This document shows, piece after piece, positions 1 to 7,485 of a stretch of 32,000 nt of DNA. Each line of letters opens with the position of its first letter. Position 1 is the stretch's first letter. The stretch covers positions 990,001 to 1,022,000 of the forward strand of contig OW818668.1 in NCBI GenBank assembly GCA_942493105.1, read 5' to 3'. Under the pieces are notes generated by a model that saw nothing but the letters and a program-made list of their open reading frames with translations, was not told where the DNA came from and ran no database searches. The translations under genes and the position numbers were made by a program. Source of the stretch: an uncultured Erysipelotrichaceae bacterium. GTDB taxonomy: Bacteria; Bacillota_I; Bacilli_A; Erysipelotrichales; Erysipelotrichaceae.

Positions 1-887
1 TCTCTAATACCAATTCCATTCATACATCTCCCTTAAGTATCGCCATGGCCAATTCGACCGCAAGGTCGATTGAAGAAGCGTGTAACTGTAAATTATCTGA
101 CCATTGCATCAACATGCTGGCCATTCGCTTCTATGCGATCCTTGATCGTATCCAATATCAATATAAACCCAGAAAACTGATCGTCTGCAGTCGCAATGGT
201 AAACAAGCCTCTAGTGTTATTCGTGAGCGTCTTTTAAGAACGTTTAATCCAAAGCATTTCTCAGGTATCGACATCGCTGAATTCTACGAAGTCAGAGGAT
301 TGAATCAAGCTGAATATGATGCGATGATCTTAAATCTTCCGGAATATACGTATCGCTATGATATGCCTTATATTCCTGTCGCAAACACGCTGAATAATCA
401 AGAAATCAAACAAATCTATGAGAAAGTCATGTTGAATGGCTATGAACTGTTTCCTTTGTTTAAAAATCTGAATTTTCAGCCCAACTTTGTCTTTAAAGAT
501 TTTAAATATGAATCTCAAGAAGCTTTCATTCATCTTTTAAGTTTCAAGGTTGGAAAAAATAGTGACTCGATCAAACGGCTTGAGTTATATCTAAGCAACT
601 TGACTGATATATATGTCCACAATCGAATTGGTATCCTCATCATCAGTACGGTGATGACTGACCGCAATATCTTTGAAATCTATCAATTATCAAAAGTCGG
701 ATATTGGGGAAAAAAGGAAGTCAAGACCATTGTCTTTCTTTCAATCAACTTCAATCAAAATATGCAGCTCTTAAAATTCATCGAAAATCTGACCCATGAG
801 TTGATTATTGAGCCCAATCATGTAGAAACTCTGATCAAATCCGAAAATCTAGAAGATATGGTTCAAATCGTTAAGATGAGCATCTGA
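1..887 (+). CDS. PRD-containing PTS regulator (MtlR/LicR/ManR-type transcriptional activator), 3' portion; the gene starts upstream of the window
   Basis: The reading frame is open from nt 3 to TGA at 885-887, with no stop upstream of the tracked Met at 45. A PRD-like helical segment is followed by an EIIB(Gat)-like motif 'KLIVCSRNGKQASSVIRERL' with the conserved Cys, then an EIIA(Mtl/Fru)-like tail. The gene lies directly upstream of a PTS operon. Confidence 0.7.
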   Translation, partial: SNTNSIHTSPLSIAMANSTARSIEEACNCKLSDHCINMLAIRFYAILDRIQYQYKPRKLIVCSRNGKQASSVIRERLLRTFNPKHFSGIDIAEFYEVRGLNQAEYDAMILNLPEYTYRYDMPYIPVANTLNNQEIKQIYEKVMLNGYELFPLFKNLNFQPNFVFKDFKYESQEAFIHLLSFKVGKNSDSIKRLELYLSNLTDIYVHNRIGILIISTVMTDRNIFEIYQLSKVGYWGKKEVKTIVFLSINFNQNMQLLKFIENLTHELIIEPNHVETLIKSENLEDMVQIVKMSI

Positions 888-899
888 TTTTATGTAGTG

Positions 900-941
900 T
901 AAAGTGCACTTGCTAAAGTGCACACATTAGGCAATGCACTT
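900..941. promoter_or_regulatory. Cluster of GTGCAC-core repeats; candidate operator for the adjacent PRD activator
   Basis: There is a perfect 10-bp direct repeat TAAAGTGCAC at 900-909 and 914-923 (14-bp period). AAGTGCACTT at 902-911 is a 10-bp palindrome. A related half-site AATGCACTT lies at 933-941. All sit about 45-90 nt upstream of the TATAAT at 986-991. Confidence 0.4.
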
Positions 942-975
942 ATATCATTGAAATAATGAGCATAGAATGGCAACT

Positions 976-991
976 TGAAAGCGCTTATAAT
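976..991 (+). promoter_or_regulatory. cre-like CcpA box overlapping a -10 hexamer of the PTS operon promoter
   Basis: TGAAAGCGCTTATA (976-989) matches the cre consensus TGWAANCGNTNNCW at 13 of 14 positions. TATAAT lies at 986-991. The -35 region (TAGAAT, 963-968) is poor, as expected for an activator-dependent promoter. Confidence 0.45.
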
Positions 992-1002
992 ACCCTTATG
1001 AA

Positions 1003-1016
1003 GAAGTGCGCACTTC
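1003..1016. promoter_or_regulatory. 14-bp perfect palindrome in the operon leader, same GTGC..GCAC core as the upstream repeats
   Basis: GAAGTGCGCACTTC is its own reverse complement. It lies between the putative -10 (986-991) and the SD AAAGGGG (1031-1037). Confidence 0.35.
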
Positions 1017-1042
1017 ATCACAATTTTTAGAAAGGGGATCCT

Positions 1043-1462
1043 TTGAGAAGAGTACTGATCGCCTCACACGGCCGTTTTGCCAGCGGGATAAAAAGTTCAC
1101 TTGATATCCTTCTGGGTAATTCCGACCATGTCTCAGCCATCGACGCTTATCTAGATGATTCCGATCTCATGACTGAAGTGAAAAAGTACTTAGCTTCAGT
1201 TTCAGACGAAGATCAGGTCATTATGCTCAGCGATCTCTATGGTGGCAGTGTTAATCAGGTTTTGTTTCAGTTATTGGGCCGTCCCAAAACGATCTTGATT
1301 TCAGGAATCAATCTAGCATTGGTCCTAGAAATTGCGGTCATTAAAGATTCCGAATTAACTGATTCGGAACTGGAAAACTTAATTGAGAATAGTCGTCAAG
1401 CCTTAGTGGTCGTCAAAAATGAAGTGACTGACCAGCCTGAGAGCACTGACTTCTTCAATTAA
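1043..1462 (+). CDS. PTS mannose/fructose/sorbose-family EIIA component
   Basis: The TTG start is 5 nt after AAAGGGG. The N-terminus 'RVLIASHGRFASGIKSS' carries the phospho-His in the position typical of EIIA-Man. Length is 139 aa. Confidence 0.85.
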   Translation: MRRVLIASHGRFASGIKSSLDILLGNSDHVSAIDAYLDDSDLMTEVKKYLASVSDEDQVIMLSDLYGGSVNQVLFQLLGRPKTILISGINLALVLEIAVIKDSELTDSELENLIENSRQALVVVKNEVTDQPESTDFFN

Positions 1463-1478
1463 GCATGGAGAGAAAGAA

Positions 1479-1970
1479 ATGATTAAATTTTTCAGAATCG
1501 ATGAACGTCTGATCCACGGACAGATCGTCATCAAATGGTCAAGACACCTCAGCATCGATCATATCGTCGTTGCGAACAATGCAGCTGCTGCCAGCACACT
1601 GATCCAAAGATCATTGTTGATGGCTGCACCTTCAACGATCAAAACAGCGATCAAAACGATAGATGATGCGGTAACCTTGCTGAACGATCCAAGAGCAAAA
1701 GATTTTGTTGTGTTGGTTTTGGTCAATTCTCCAGAAGATGCGGTCGAACTGGTCAACAGAGTTCCGGGCATTCCTTTTGTCAACATTGGGAATTATGGAC
1801 GCATTGCTCCTGAAAAGCCAGGCATGAAACGTAAGACCTTTGCCAACAACATTTATGCAGATGAAATCGAAGTTACCTGTTTCAAAACTTTGATGTCAAA
1901 AGGGTTAAAGGTTCAATATCAAGTAACGCCTGAGGATGAACCTAAAGATTTAAGCAGTATTATTAAATAA
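1479..1970 (+). CDS. PTS mannose-family EIIB component
   Basis: The N-terminal 'FRIDERLIHGQIV' is the EIIB-Man/Sor phospho-His motif. A GGAG SD lies upstream. Length is 163 aa. Confidence 0.9.
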   Translation: MIKFFRIDERLIHGQIVIKWSRHLSIDHIVVANNAAAASTLIQRSLLMAAPSTIKTAIKTIDDAVTLLNDPRAKDFVVLVLVNSPEDAVELVNRVPGIPFVNIGNYGRIAPEKPGMKRKTFANNIYADEIEVTCFKTLMSKGLKVQYQVTPEDEPKDLSSIIK

Positions 1971-1988
1971 ACACGAAAGGGAAATACT

Positions 1989-2774
1989 ATGGTTCAAAGT
2001 GCATTATTAGCCGCTTTGGTCTTCTGGGCGATTAACACCGTCGACAGACTATTAGCTTGGCAAACCTTCGCTAGACCGATTGTAGCTGCTCCGTTAACTG
2101 GATTGGTCTTGGGAGATTTGAATACCGGCATTATCATGGGAGCTTCATTAGAAGCCATCTTCATGGGTATCTCGGCTATTGGAGGATCCATTCCTTCTGA
2201 TCCGTTATCCAGTGCCATTATTGCTGTTGCATTTACAATTATTTCTGGTTCCGATGCGGAAACAGGTTTAGCACTCGCTATGCCAATTGGCATCCTGATT
2301 GCTTCCTTCAACGCAATGGTCAACCCGATTCTTGCTTTGTTTGCTCCTTATTGGGAAAACTTAGCGGCATCAGGCAATATGAAAGCATTCAATCTACAAA
2401 CAATTACATTCAGTATCTTATTTGACCGTTTGGCCAACACGATCGTATTGTTCTTGGGCATCGCTTATGGTGTCGAAGGCTTACAGAAATTCTTGGCTTC
2501 ACTGCCTGCATTCGTTACTAAAGGCTTAGGTGCCAGTAGTTCAATGATGACTGCAGTTGGGTTCGCTATCTTGACCAGTATGATTTGGAACAAAGAGCTT
2601 GGCGGATTCTTCTTCGTAGGTTTCGTATTATCAACATACTTAAAGCTCGGTCCATTACCGATCGCTATCTTCGGTGCAGTCGTTTCAATTATGTATTTCT
2701 ATAATGACAAAAAGATTTTGGACACTGTAAAAGCTTCCAAAAAAGATGTTAAGAGTGGGGAGGACTTCTTCTAA
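1989..2774 (+). CDS. PTS mannose-family EIIC component
   Basis: This is a 261-aa polytopic Gly/Ala-rich membrane protein of ManY/SorA type. Its stop overlaps the next start (TAATG, 2772-2776). Confidence 0.85.
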   Translation: MVQSALLAALVFWAINTVDRLLAWQTFARPIVAAPLTGLVLGDLNTGIIMGASLEAIFMGISAIGGSIPSDPLSSAIIAVAFTIISGSDAETGLALAMPIGILIASFNAMVNPILALFAPYWENLAASGNMKAFNLQTITFSILFDRLANTIVLFLGIAYGVEGLQKFLASLPAFVTKGLGASSSMMTAVGFAILTSMIWNKELGGFFFVGFVLSTYLKLGPLPIAIFGAVVSIMYFYNDKKILDTVKASKKDVKSGEDFF

Positions 2775-3592
2775 TGGCTAAATACAACTTCTCGCCTGTT
2801 GAAAAGAAAGTATTGAATAAAATGTATTGGTGGTCTGGAACCGTGTTTGCTTCATTCAACATGGTTAAGATGGAAGGTAATGCTTTCACCAGAACATTAG
2901 CTCCTGCGATCGATGAATTGTATGTCGGCAAACCTGAAGAACGCAAAGCAGCTCTCAAACGCGCTAACACCTTCTTCAATACGCATGCTGTATTGTTCGC
3001 ATTCATCGCTGGTTTGACTTACGCTATGGAATCCGAAAAAGTTAAAAAAGGCACCGTCACGGATGACACCATTGAAAGTGTTAAAGTATCCTTGATGGGT
3101 CCTACTGCCGGTATCGGCGATGCGTTCTTCTTTAACGTTGTACGTGTCATCGCTGCTGGTATCGCTATCGGTTTAGCACAAACTGGAAACATTTTGGGCC
3201 CATTACTGTTCATCGGCTTGTACGGCGGATCCCAATTGGTCATTCGTTGGTACTTACTGAGAATTGGTTATACTTTGGGTACATCCTTCATTGATTCCGT
3301 ATTTGAATCCGGCTTGATCAATACATTGACCAAAGCAGCCTCTATTTTGGGTCTGACCATGGTTGGTGCAATGGTTGCTACAACTGTTAAGGTTAACTTG
3401 GCTTGGGTCATCACCGTCGGCGGTGCAAAAATCGTCGTCCTCGATGTCATCAATACCATCATGCCCAACATCCTATCCGTTGTCTTGGTGTTCTTCCTTG
3501 TTTCCTTGATCAAAAAAGGCGTCAAACCAATGATGTTGGTCCTTGGCGTTCTAATTGTAACGATCTTCTTAGCCTTCTTCAAAATATTCTAA
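2774..3592 (+). CDS. PTS mannose-family EIID component
   Basis: The N-terminal 'KKVLNKMYWWSGTVFASFNMVKMEGNAF' resembles the EIID signature (ManZ-like). Hydrophobic helices follow. Length is 272 aa. Confidence 0.85.
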   Translation: MAKYNFSPVEKKVLNKMYWWSGTVFASFNMVKMEGNAFTRTLAPAIDELYVGKPEERKAALKRANTFFNTHAVLFAFIAGLTYAMESEKVKKGTVTDDTIESVKVSLMGPTAGIGDAFFFNVVRVIAAGIAIGLAQTGNILGPLLFIGLYGGSQLVIRWYLLRIGYTLGTSFIDSVFESGLINTLTKAASILGLTMVGAMVATTVKVNLAWVITVGGAKIVVLDVINTIMPNILSVVLVFFLVSLIKKGVKPMMLVLGVLIVTIFLAFFKIF

Positions 3593-3605
3593 AACTATCT
3601 GTTTA

Positions 3606-3635
3606 AGAAAGGGTCTTACCAGAGACCCTTTCTTA
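3606..3635 (+). terminator. Strong intra-operon hairpin (partial terminator or attenuator, or an mRNA-stabilising element)
   Basis: AAGAAAGGGTCT (3606-3617) pairs perfectly with AGACCCTTTCTT (3624-3635) across a 6-nt loop. The 3' context is U-rich but interrupted (CTTTCTTAATCTT). Confidence 0.45.
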
Positions 3636-3657
3636 ATCTTATGATCTGGAGCACGAA

Positions 3658-4593
3658 ATGAAAGACCTTCTTTTAAAATACGGCGTATTGATGGGTAAAA
3701 GATATCGCTTAAGAGATAAACTGCTATTTCTTGAATCTTTCATTGAAGATTTGAAAGCTTTGGGTTATCCAGTAGAAGCGCAATCTAAACGCACCCATTT
3801 CGAAAAAATCGCCAACTTATATGTTGGTGATTTAAGTAAAGCTAAAGTGGTTTTTGTTGCTGCATATGACACCCCAATGAAGTCCCTTGTTCCAAATCAA
3901 AATTATTATCCGATTAAACCTGAAAAAAACTATGGTGTTGATATCATCGCACTGTTTGCGAATTATGCACTGGCGATTCTTTTGTTGATGTGTTTCTATA
4001 TTGTTGCATCAAAATTTAGTAGCTTGATTCTCTTTCAGAAAGTCATTGCGGTCATCGTAGGATTAGGCCTTTTGATTGGATCCTTTGTGTTTATGAGCGG
4101 TTTATCCAATCGACTCAATCATAGCCGTAATTCTGTTTCGGTCGTACTGGCACTTGCCTTAGCCAAATCACTCAAGAATAAAAGAGTAGCCTTTATCTTT
4201 GTGGATAAAGGAGTATCTTCCTTAATGGGCTATGGGGTCGTTAGTCAATGGTTGTCCGACAAAGGCATAGTTCCTAATATTATCCTTTTAGATGCCTTAG
4301 CCACAGGGGATACACTTGTATTGGCGCATTCTAAACAAAATCAAAAATTCGCAGAAGAGTTCTTATCTACTCAAAACATGCCAACACTTTTAGACAAACC
4401 TTTAAGCGATGAGCGCATCGATAAAATGGTTCTTAAATATTTTACTCGATCTGTACTATTAACTTCAGGTACGATCGAAGATAAAGAACTTGTCGTAAAA
4501 AATACGCGAACCAAACATGATTATAAAGTCAATTTAGATCGACTTGATGCTCTCAAAGCAGGACTTGAAAACTTCGTGAATCATATCGAATAA
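3658..4593 (+). CDS. Membrane protein of unknown function (possible degenerate M28/M42-like aminopeptidase fold with an inserted two-helix membrane hairpin)
   Basis: A GGAG SD lies 6 nt upstream. The 311-aa protein has a soluble N-terminal region, two long hydrophobic helices (about aa 95-150) and an alpha/beta-like C-terminal part. 'VVFVAAYDTP' and 'RVAFIFVDKGVSSLMGYG' loosely parallel peptidase metal-site strands, but the usual His/Glu ligands are absent. Confidence 0.6.
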   Translation: MKDLLLKYGVLMGKRYRLRDKLLFLESFIEDLKALGYPVEAQSKRTHFEKIANLYVGDLSKAKVVFVAAYDTPMKSLVPNQNYYPIKPEKNYGVDIIALFANYALAILLLMCFYIVASKFSSLILFQKVIAVIVGLGLLIGSFVFMSGLSNRLNHSRNSVSVVLALALAKSLKNKRVAFIFVDKGVSSLMGYGVVSQWLSDKGIVPNIILLDALATGDTLVLAHSKQNQKFAEEFLSTQNMPTLLDKPLSDERIDKMVLKYFTRSVLLTSGTIEDKELVVKNTRTKHDYKVNLDRLDALKAGLENFVNHIE

Positions 4594-4639
4594 TACTCCA
4601 CATATTTGAAGCACACCTTCAATCAGAAAGGTCAAATCT

Positions 4640-5437
4640 ATGAAATTACTTGTTAAAGCCGATGATTTTGGTTTCACAGAAGCCATCAATCATGGCATCA
4701 TCAAATCTTATACCCATGGAATCGTTCGCAGCACAGCCATCATGATCAACATGCCAGCGGCTGCTCAAGCCCTCCAGATGATCGTAAATCATCCTGGCTT
4801 ATGTTTAGGTCTACATGTCAATTTGGTCATTGGGAAACCTATAAGCCCCGTTAGTTTGATCCCATCTATGGTTGAAGACAACGGAAACTTTAAGAGTTCT
4901 ACTTACTACAGAGCATTGATTGCCAAAGGTGAAGAACCAATGCCAGTGTATGAAGAAGTCTTGATCGAAGTCGAAGCTCAATTGTTGAAATTCTATCAGA
5001 TGAGAGGTTCATTCCCAGAATACATCGAAGGACATGCGGTTCATTCAGACAATGTCGATAAAGCCTTAAGCGAAATCGCAAAGAAATATGATCTAGTTCA
5101 TGTTTCCCCATTACCTGATCATTCTAATCGCGCTTTGTTTGTTCCTGGTCGTTTATATTCAATCTATGAATTCTATAAAAAGAATCTCTCTCCGGAAAAA
5201 TTCTTCGCCAACGAATTCTTGGACATCCAAGGCAAAGAATTCGCCATGGTTGTTTTGCATCCAGGTTATAACGATTATGAAGTCACACAAATGTCGAGTT
5301 TCCAAGATGTCAGATACAAAGATCTCTATGCCTGTACGCATCCTGATACCCACAAATGGATCGCAGACAATAAAATTGAATTGATCAGTCATCGCGCTTT
5401 AACAGAATTAATCAGCAGCTGCTGCTGCGGGGAGTAA
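4640..5437 (+). CDS. YdjC/ChbG-family carbohydrate deacetylase
   Basis: The N-terminus 'MKLLVKADDFGFTEAINHGII', followed by 'GLHVNLV', is typical of the YdjC family (chitooligosaccharide deacetylase type). Length is 265 aa. Confidence 0.8.
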   Translation: MKLLVKADDFGFTEAINHGIIKSYTHGIVRSTAIMINMPAAAQALQMIVNHPGLCLGLHVNLVIGKPISPVSLIPSMVEDNGNFKSSTYYRALIAKGEEPMPVYEEVLIEVEAQLLKFYQMRGSFPEYIEGHAVHSDNVDKALSEIAKKYDLVHVSPLPDHSNRALFVPGRLYSIYEFYKKNLSPEKFFANEFLDIQGKEFAMVVLHPGYNDYEVTQMSSFQDVRYKDLYACTHPDTHKWIADNKIELISHRALTELISSCCCGE

Positions 5438-5440
5438 ATT

Positions 5441-6625
5441 ATGACCATCATTAAAAGCGATAAGATTTATTTTGAAGAAGGTGTAAAAGACGGTTATGTT
5501 GTCATCAAAGATGGCAAGTTTGTTGAATTTAAAACGAGTTTAGCTAAAGGCGAAACTTGTGTCGATTATACAGGTTACCGCATCATTCCAGGCATCATCG
5601 ATACACACAATCATGGTGTCTTGGGTTATGGTCTGCGCGTCAATGAAGGCGATACGGAAGAAGATGTTGAATACAGTGTACGCGGCTACTTAAAAGGTTC
5701 TGCGAAATTCGGTTTAACGGGAGTATTCCCGACAGCAGCTCATGGTGCATTTAAGACCATCGTAAAGCTTGCTAAAGAAGAACCTTTCGGAGCCAAAGTC
5801 TTAGGTATTCACAGTGAAGGTCCTTATTTGAATCGAGTAGGCGAAAAAGGCAGACCAAGACCTTTCCCAACCGTTGAACTTGATTTGGTTCAACAAATGA
5901 TCAAAGATGCAGGTGGAATGTTGAAATTATTCGCATTGGCTCCTGAAATTCCAGGTATCGATGCGGTCATTGATCTATTAAAGAAAAACAACGTTAAGAT
6001 TGCTTTTGCGCATAGTAATCTAACTCATGATGACACAGAAGTTGCCATCGAAAAAGGTGTCAGCGTTGCGACCCACTTGGGAAATGTCATGACAGGGATC
6101 CATCATCGTGATATCGGTGGTTGCGGTGCCTTATTGATGAGTCCTAAGGTAGAATGCGAAATCATCTGTGATGGATTCCACTTGAGCCTACACTTTGTAG
6201 AATTGTTACTTAGAGTGAAAGATACTTCTCGTTTCTTCATGATTTCTGATTCCAGTAATTTGGCTGGGATGAAACCTGGTATCTATAAAGGACATTTCAG
6301 TGATGTTAAAGTCCATGTTGATGAATTAGGCTTTATCAGAGATGAAGATGGACGAATCAGCGGAAGCAGTAAGTCAGTACTTTATGGGATTGGAAACCTT
6401 GTTGAAAAGCTTCATATCCCTATGGAAACCGTCTTAAGAATGTCATCTCTCAATGCTGCAAACTATTATGGCTTTGGTGATGTCAAGGGATCTATCAAGC
6501 TAGGCAAGTATGCTGATTTCGTGGTCATCGATAAAGATTATCATGCTGTAAGTACCTTTGTCGAAGGACAAAAAGTATATGATGTCAGTCAAGATGTCGA
6601 TTTCAATCCAAGATACAAATTCTAA
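5441..6625 (+). CDS. nagA: N-acetylglucosamine-6-phosphate (or N-acetylgalactosamine-6-phosphate) deacetylase
   Basis: Amidohydrolase motifs appear in NagA order: 'PGIIDTHNHG', 'GIHSEGPYL', 'AFAHS', 'THLGNVM' and 'DFVVID'. The GGGGAG SD is formed by the last codons of the preceding gene. Confidence 0.8.
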   Translation: MTIIKSDKIYFEEGVKDGYVVIKDGKFVEFKTSLAKGETCVDYTGYRIIPGIIDTHNHGVLGYGLRVNEGDTEEDVEYSVRGYLKGSAKFGLTGVFPTAAHGAFKTIVKLAKEEPFGAKVLGIHSEGPYLNRVGEKGRPRPFPTVELDLVQQMIKDAGGMLKLFALAPEIPGIDAVIDLLKKNNVKIAFAHSNLTHDDTEVAIEKGVSVATHLGNVMTGIHHRDIGGCGALLMSPKVECEIICDGFHLSLHFVELLLRVKDTSRFFMISDSSNLAGMKPGIYKGHFSDVKVHVDELGFIRDEDGRISGSSKSVLYGIGNLVEKLHIPMETVLRMSSLNAANYYGFGDVKGSIKLGKYADFVVIDKDYHAVSTFVEGQKVYDVSQDVDFNPRYKF

Positions 6626-6648
6626 TTTAATCGCATAAAAATAGCATG

Positions 6649-6680
6649 AGCAAAACAACTACCATGTAGTTGTTTTGCTT
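6649..6680 (+). terminator. Rho-independent-type terminator after nagA
   Basis: A 14-bp perfect stem, AGCAAAACAACTAC (6649-6662) with GTAGTTGTTTTGCT (6666-6679), closes a 3-nt loop. The 3' arm and tail are U-rich. Confidence 0.5.
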
Positions 6681-6700
6681 AGTGCTTACGAAAGGATCTT

Positions 6701-7462
6701 ATGAAAATTCTTGCTTCAGATTATGATGGAACCATCCGTTTAGAAATCGTAAGCGATGCGGATACAGCAGCCATCCGTCATTTTAGATCACTTGGACATA
6801 AATTTGGGATCGTTACAGGTAGATCCATCGGGATGATTTATAATGAACTCCAATATAACGGCGTTGAATATGATTTCTTGATTGCCAACAATGGAGCCAT
6901 CATCATTGATGATCAAGACAAGATCCTGTTTCAAGCCAACATAGAGCCTTCGATTGCACACAATTTTATAGATGTGGCGATCGAAGAAGGCGAGATCATT
7001 GTTTTAGGAACCAGCGATGGATTTAAATATGGCCGTATCCTATCCAACGAAATTCCAGGAGCTTTTTCAAGACTGACTCATGCCACCCCTACAAAAATTG
7101 ATGAGATCTTAGAAAAGGGAATCTATAATTCATTTTTCTTTCGGTGTAAAAACGCGGATGAGACACACGAAGTCAAGAAGAAAATGGAACGACGTTTTGG
7201 TGACCAGATCAGTTTTCATTTCAACAACGGTTCTACGGATGTCAGTTGTAAAGGCATCAGTAAAGCCAGTGGAGTTAAATTTATCCAGGATCATTTTAAT
7301 CCTGAATCGATTTATACTTTTGGCGACAATCACAATGATATAGAAATGGTCAAAGCATTTAACGGATTCTGTATAGAATCCTCAGTAGAAGAATTGAAAC
7401 AAGTTGCTCAACGCAGTTTCCCTGATCTTACTGCCTGTATTACATACATTTTGAAGCAATAA
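6701..7462 (+). CDS. HAD-superfamily Cof-type (IIB) sugar phosphatase
   Basis: Motif I is 'LASDYDGTI' and motif IV is 'FGDNHNDIEM', with a cap-domain insertion between them. Length is 253 aa. Confidence 0.8.
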   Translation: MKILASDYDGTIRLEIVSDADTAAIRHFRSLGHKFGIVTGRSIGMIYNELQYNGVEYDFLIANNGAIIIDDQDKILFQANIEPSIAHNFIDVAIEEGEIIVLGTSDGFKYGRILSNEIPGAFSRLTHATPTKIDEILEKGIYNSFFFRCKNADETHEVKKKMERRFGDQISFHFNNGSTDVSCKGISKASGVKFIQDHFNPESIYTFGDNHNDIEMVKAFNGFCIESSVEELKQVAQRSFPDLTACITYILKQ

Positions 7463-7485
7463 ACCCTGGCTTATAAAGGAGACCC

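Noticed and set aside
968-983. A sigma-54-like element, TGGCAACTTGAAAGCG, with GG and GC at the canonical -24/-12 spacing. This raised the idea of a LevR-type sigma-54-dependent PTS operon.
   Set aside because: The -12 region reads AAGC rather than TTGC. The same bases form a near-consensus cre overlapping a perfect TATAAT. The visible C-terminus of the regulator (EIIB-Gat-like followed by EIIA-Mtl-like) fits the MtlR/LicR/ManR class, not LevR, which ends in a PRD. This cannot be fully excluded, because the regulator's N-terminus is outside the window.
1003-1016. The leader palindrome as a BglG/LicT-type RAT antiterminator target.
   Set aside because: There is no overlapping terminator hairpin with a T-run downstream. 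The stem would be only about 5 bp once a loop is allowed. The adjacent regulator carries EIIB/EIIA-like domains typical of DNA-binding activators rather than CAT-PRD antiterminators. I kept it only as a possible protein-binding site.
1994-3582. Long antisense or alternative-frame ORFs inside the PTS membrane genes (for example 1994-2323 minus, 2749-3006 minus, 3268-3582 minus and 3403-3606 plus). Similar ones occur inside pit (25260-25598 and 25456-25641 minus) and elsewhere.
   Set aside because: They lie entirely within well-supported genes, lack SD sequences, have low-complexity or odd composition, and are typical shadow ORFs of codon-biased membrane genes.
5100-5384. The 94-aa plus-strand ORF overlapping the YdjC gene in another frame, and the 66-aa ORF at 15515-15715 overlapping ndk.
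   Set aside because: Both lie within or across strongly supported genes, have no SD, and their translations are low-complexity and unlike any protein family.
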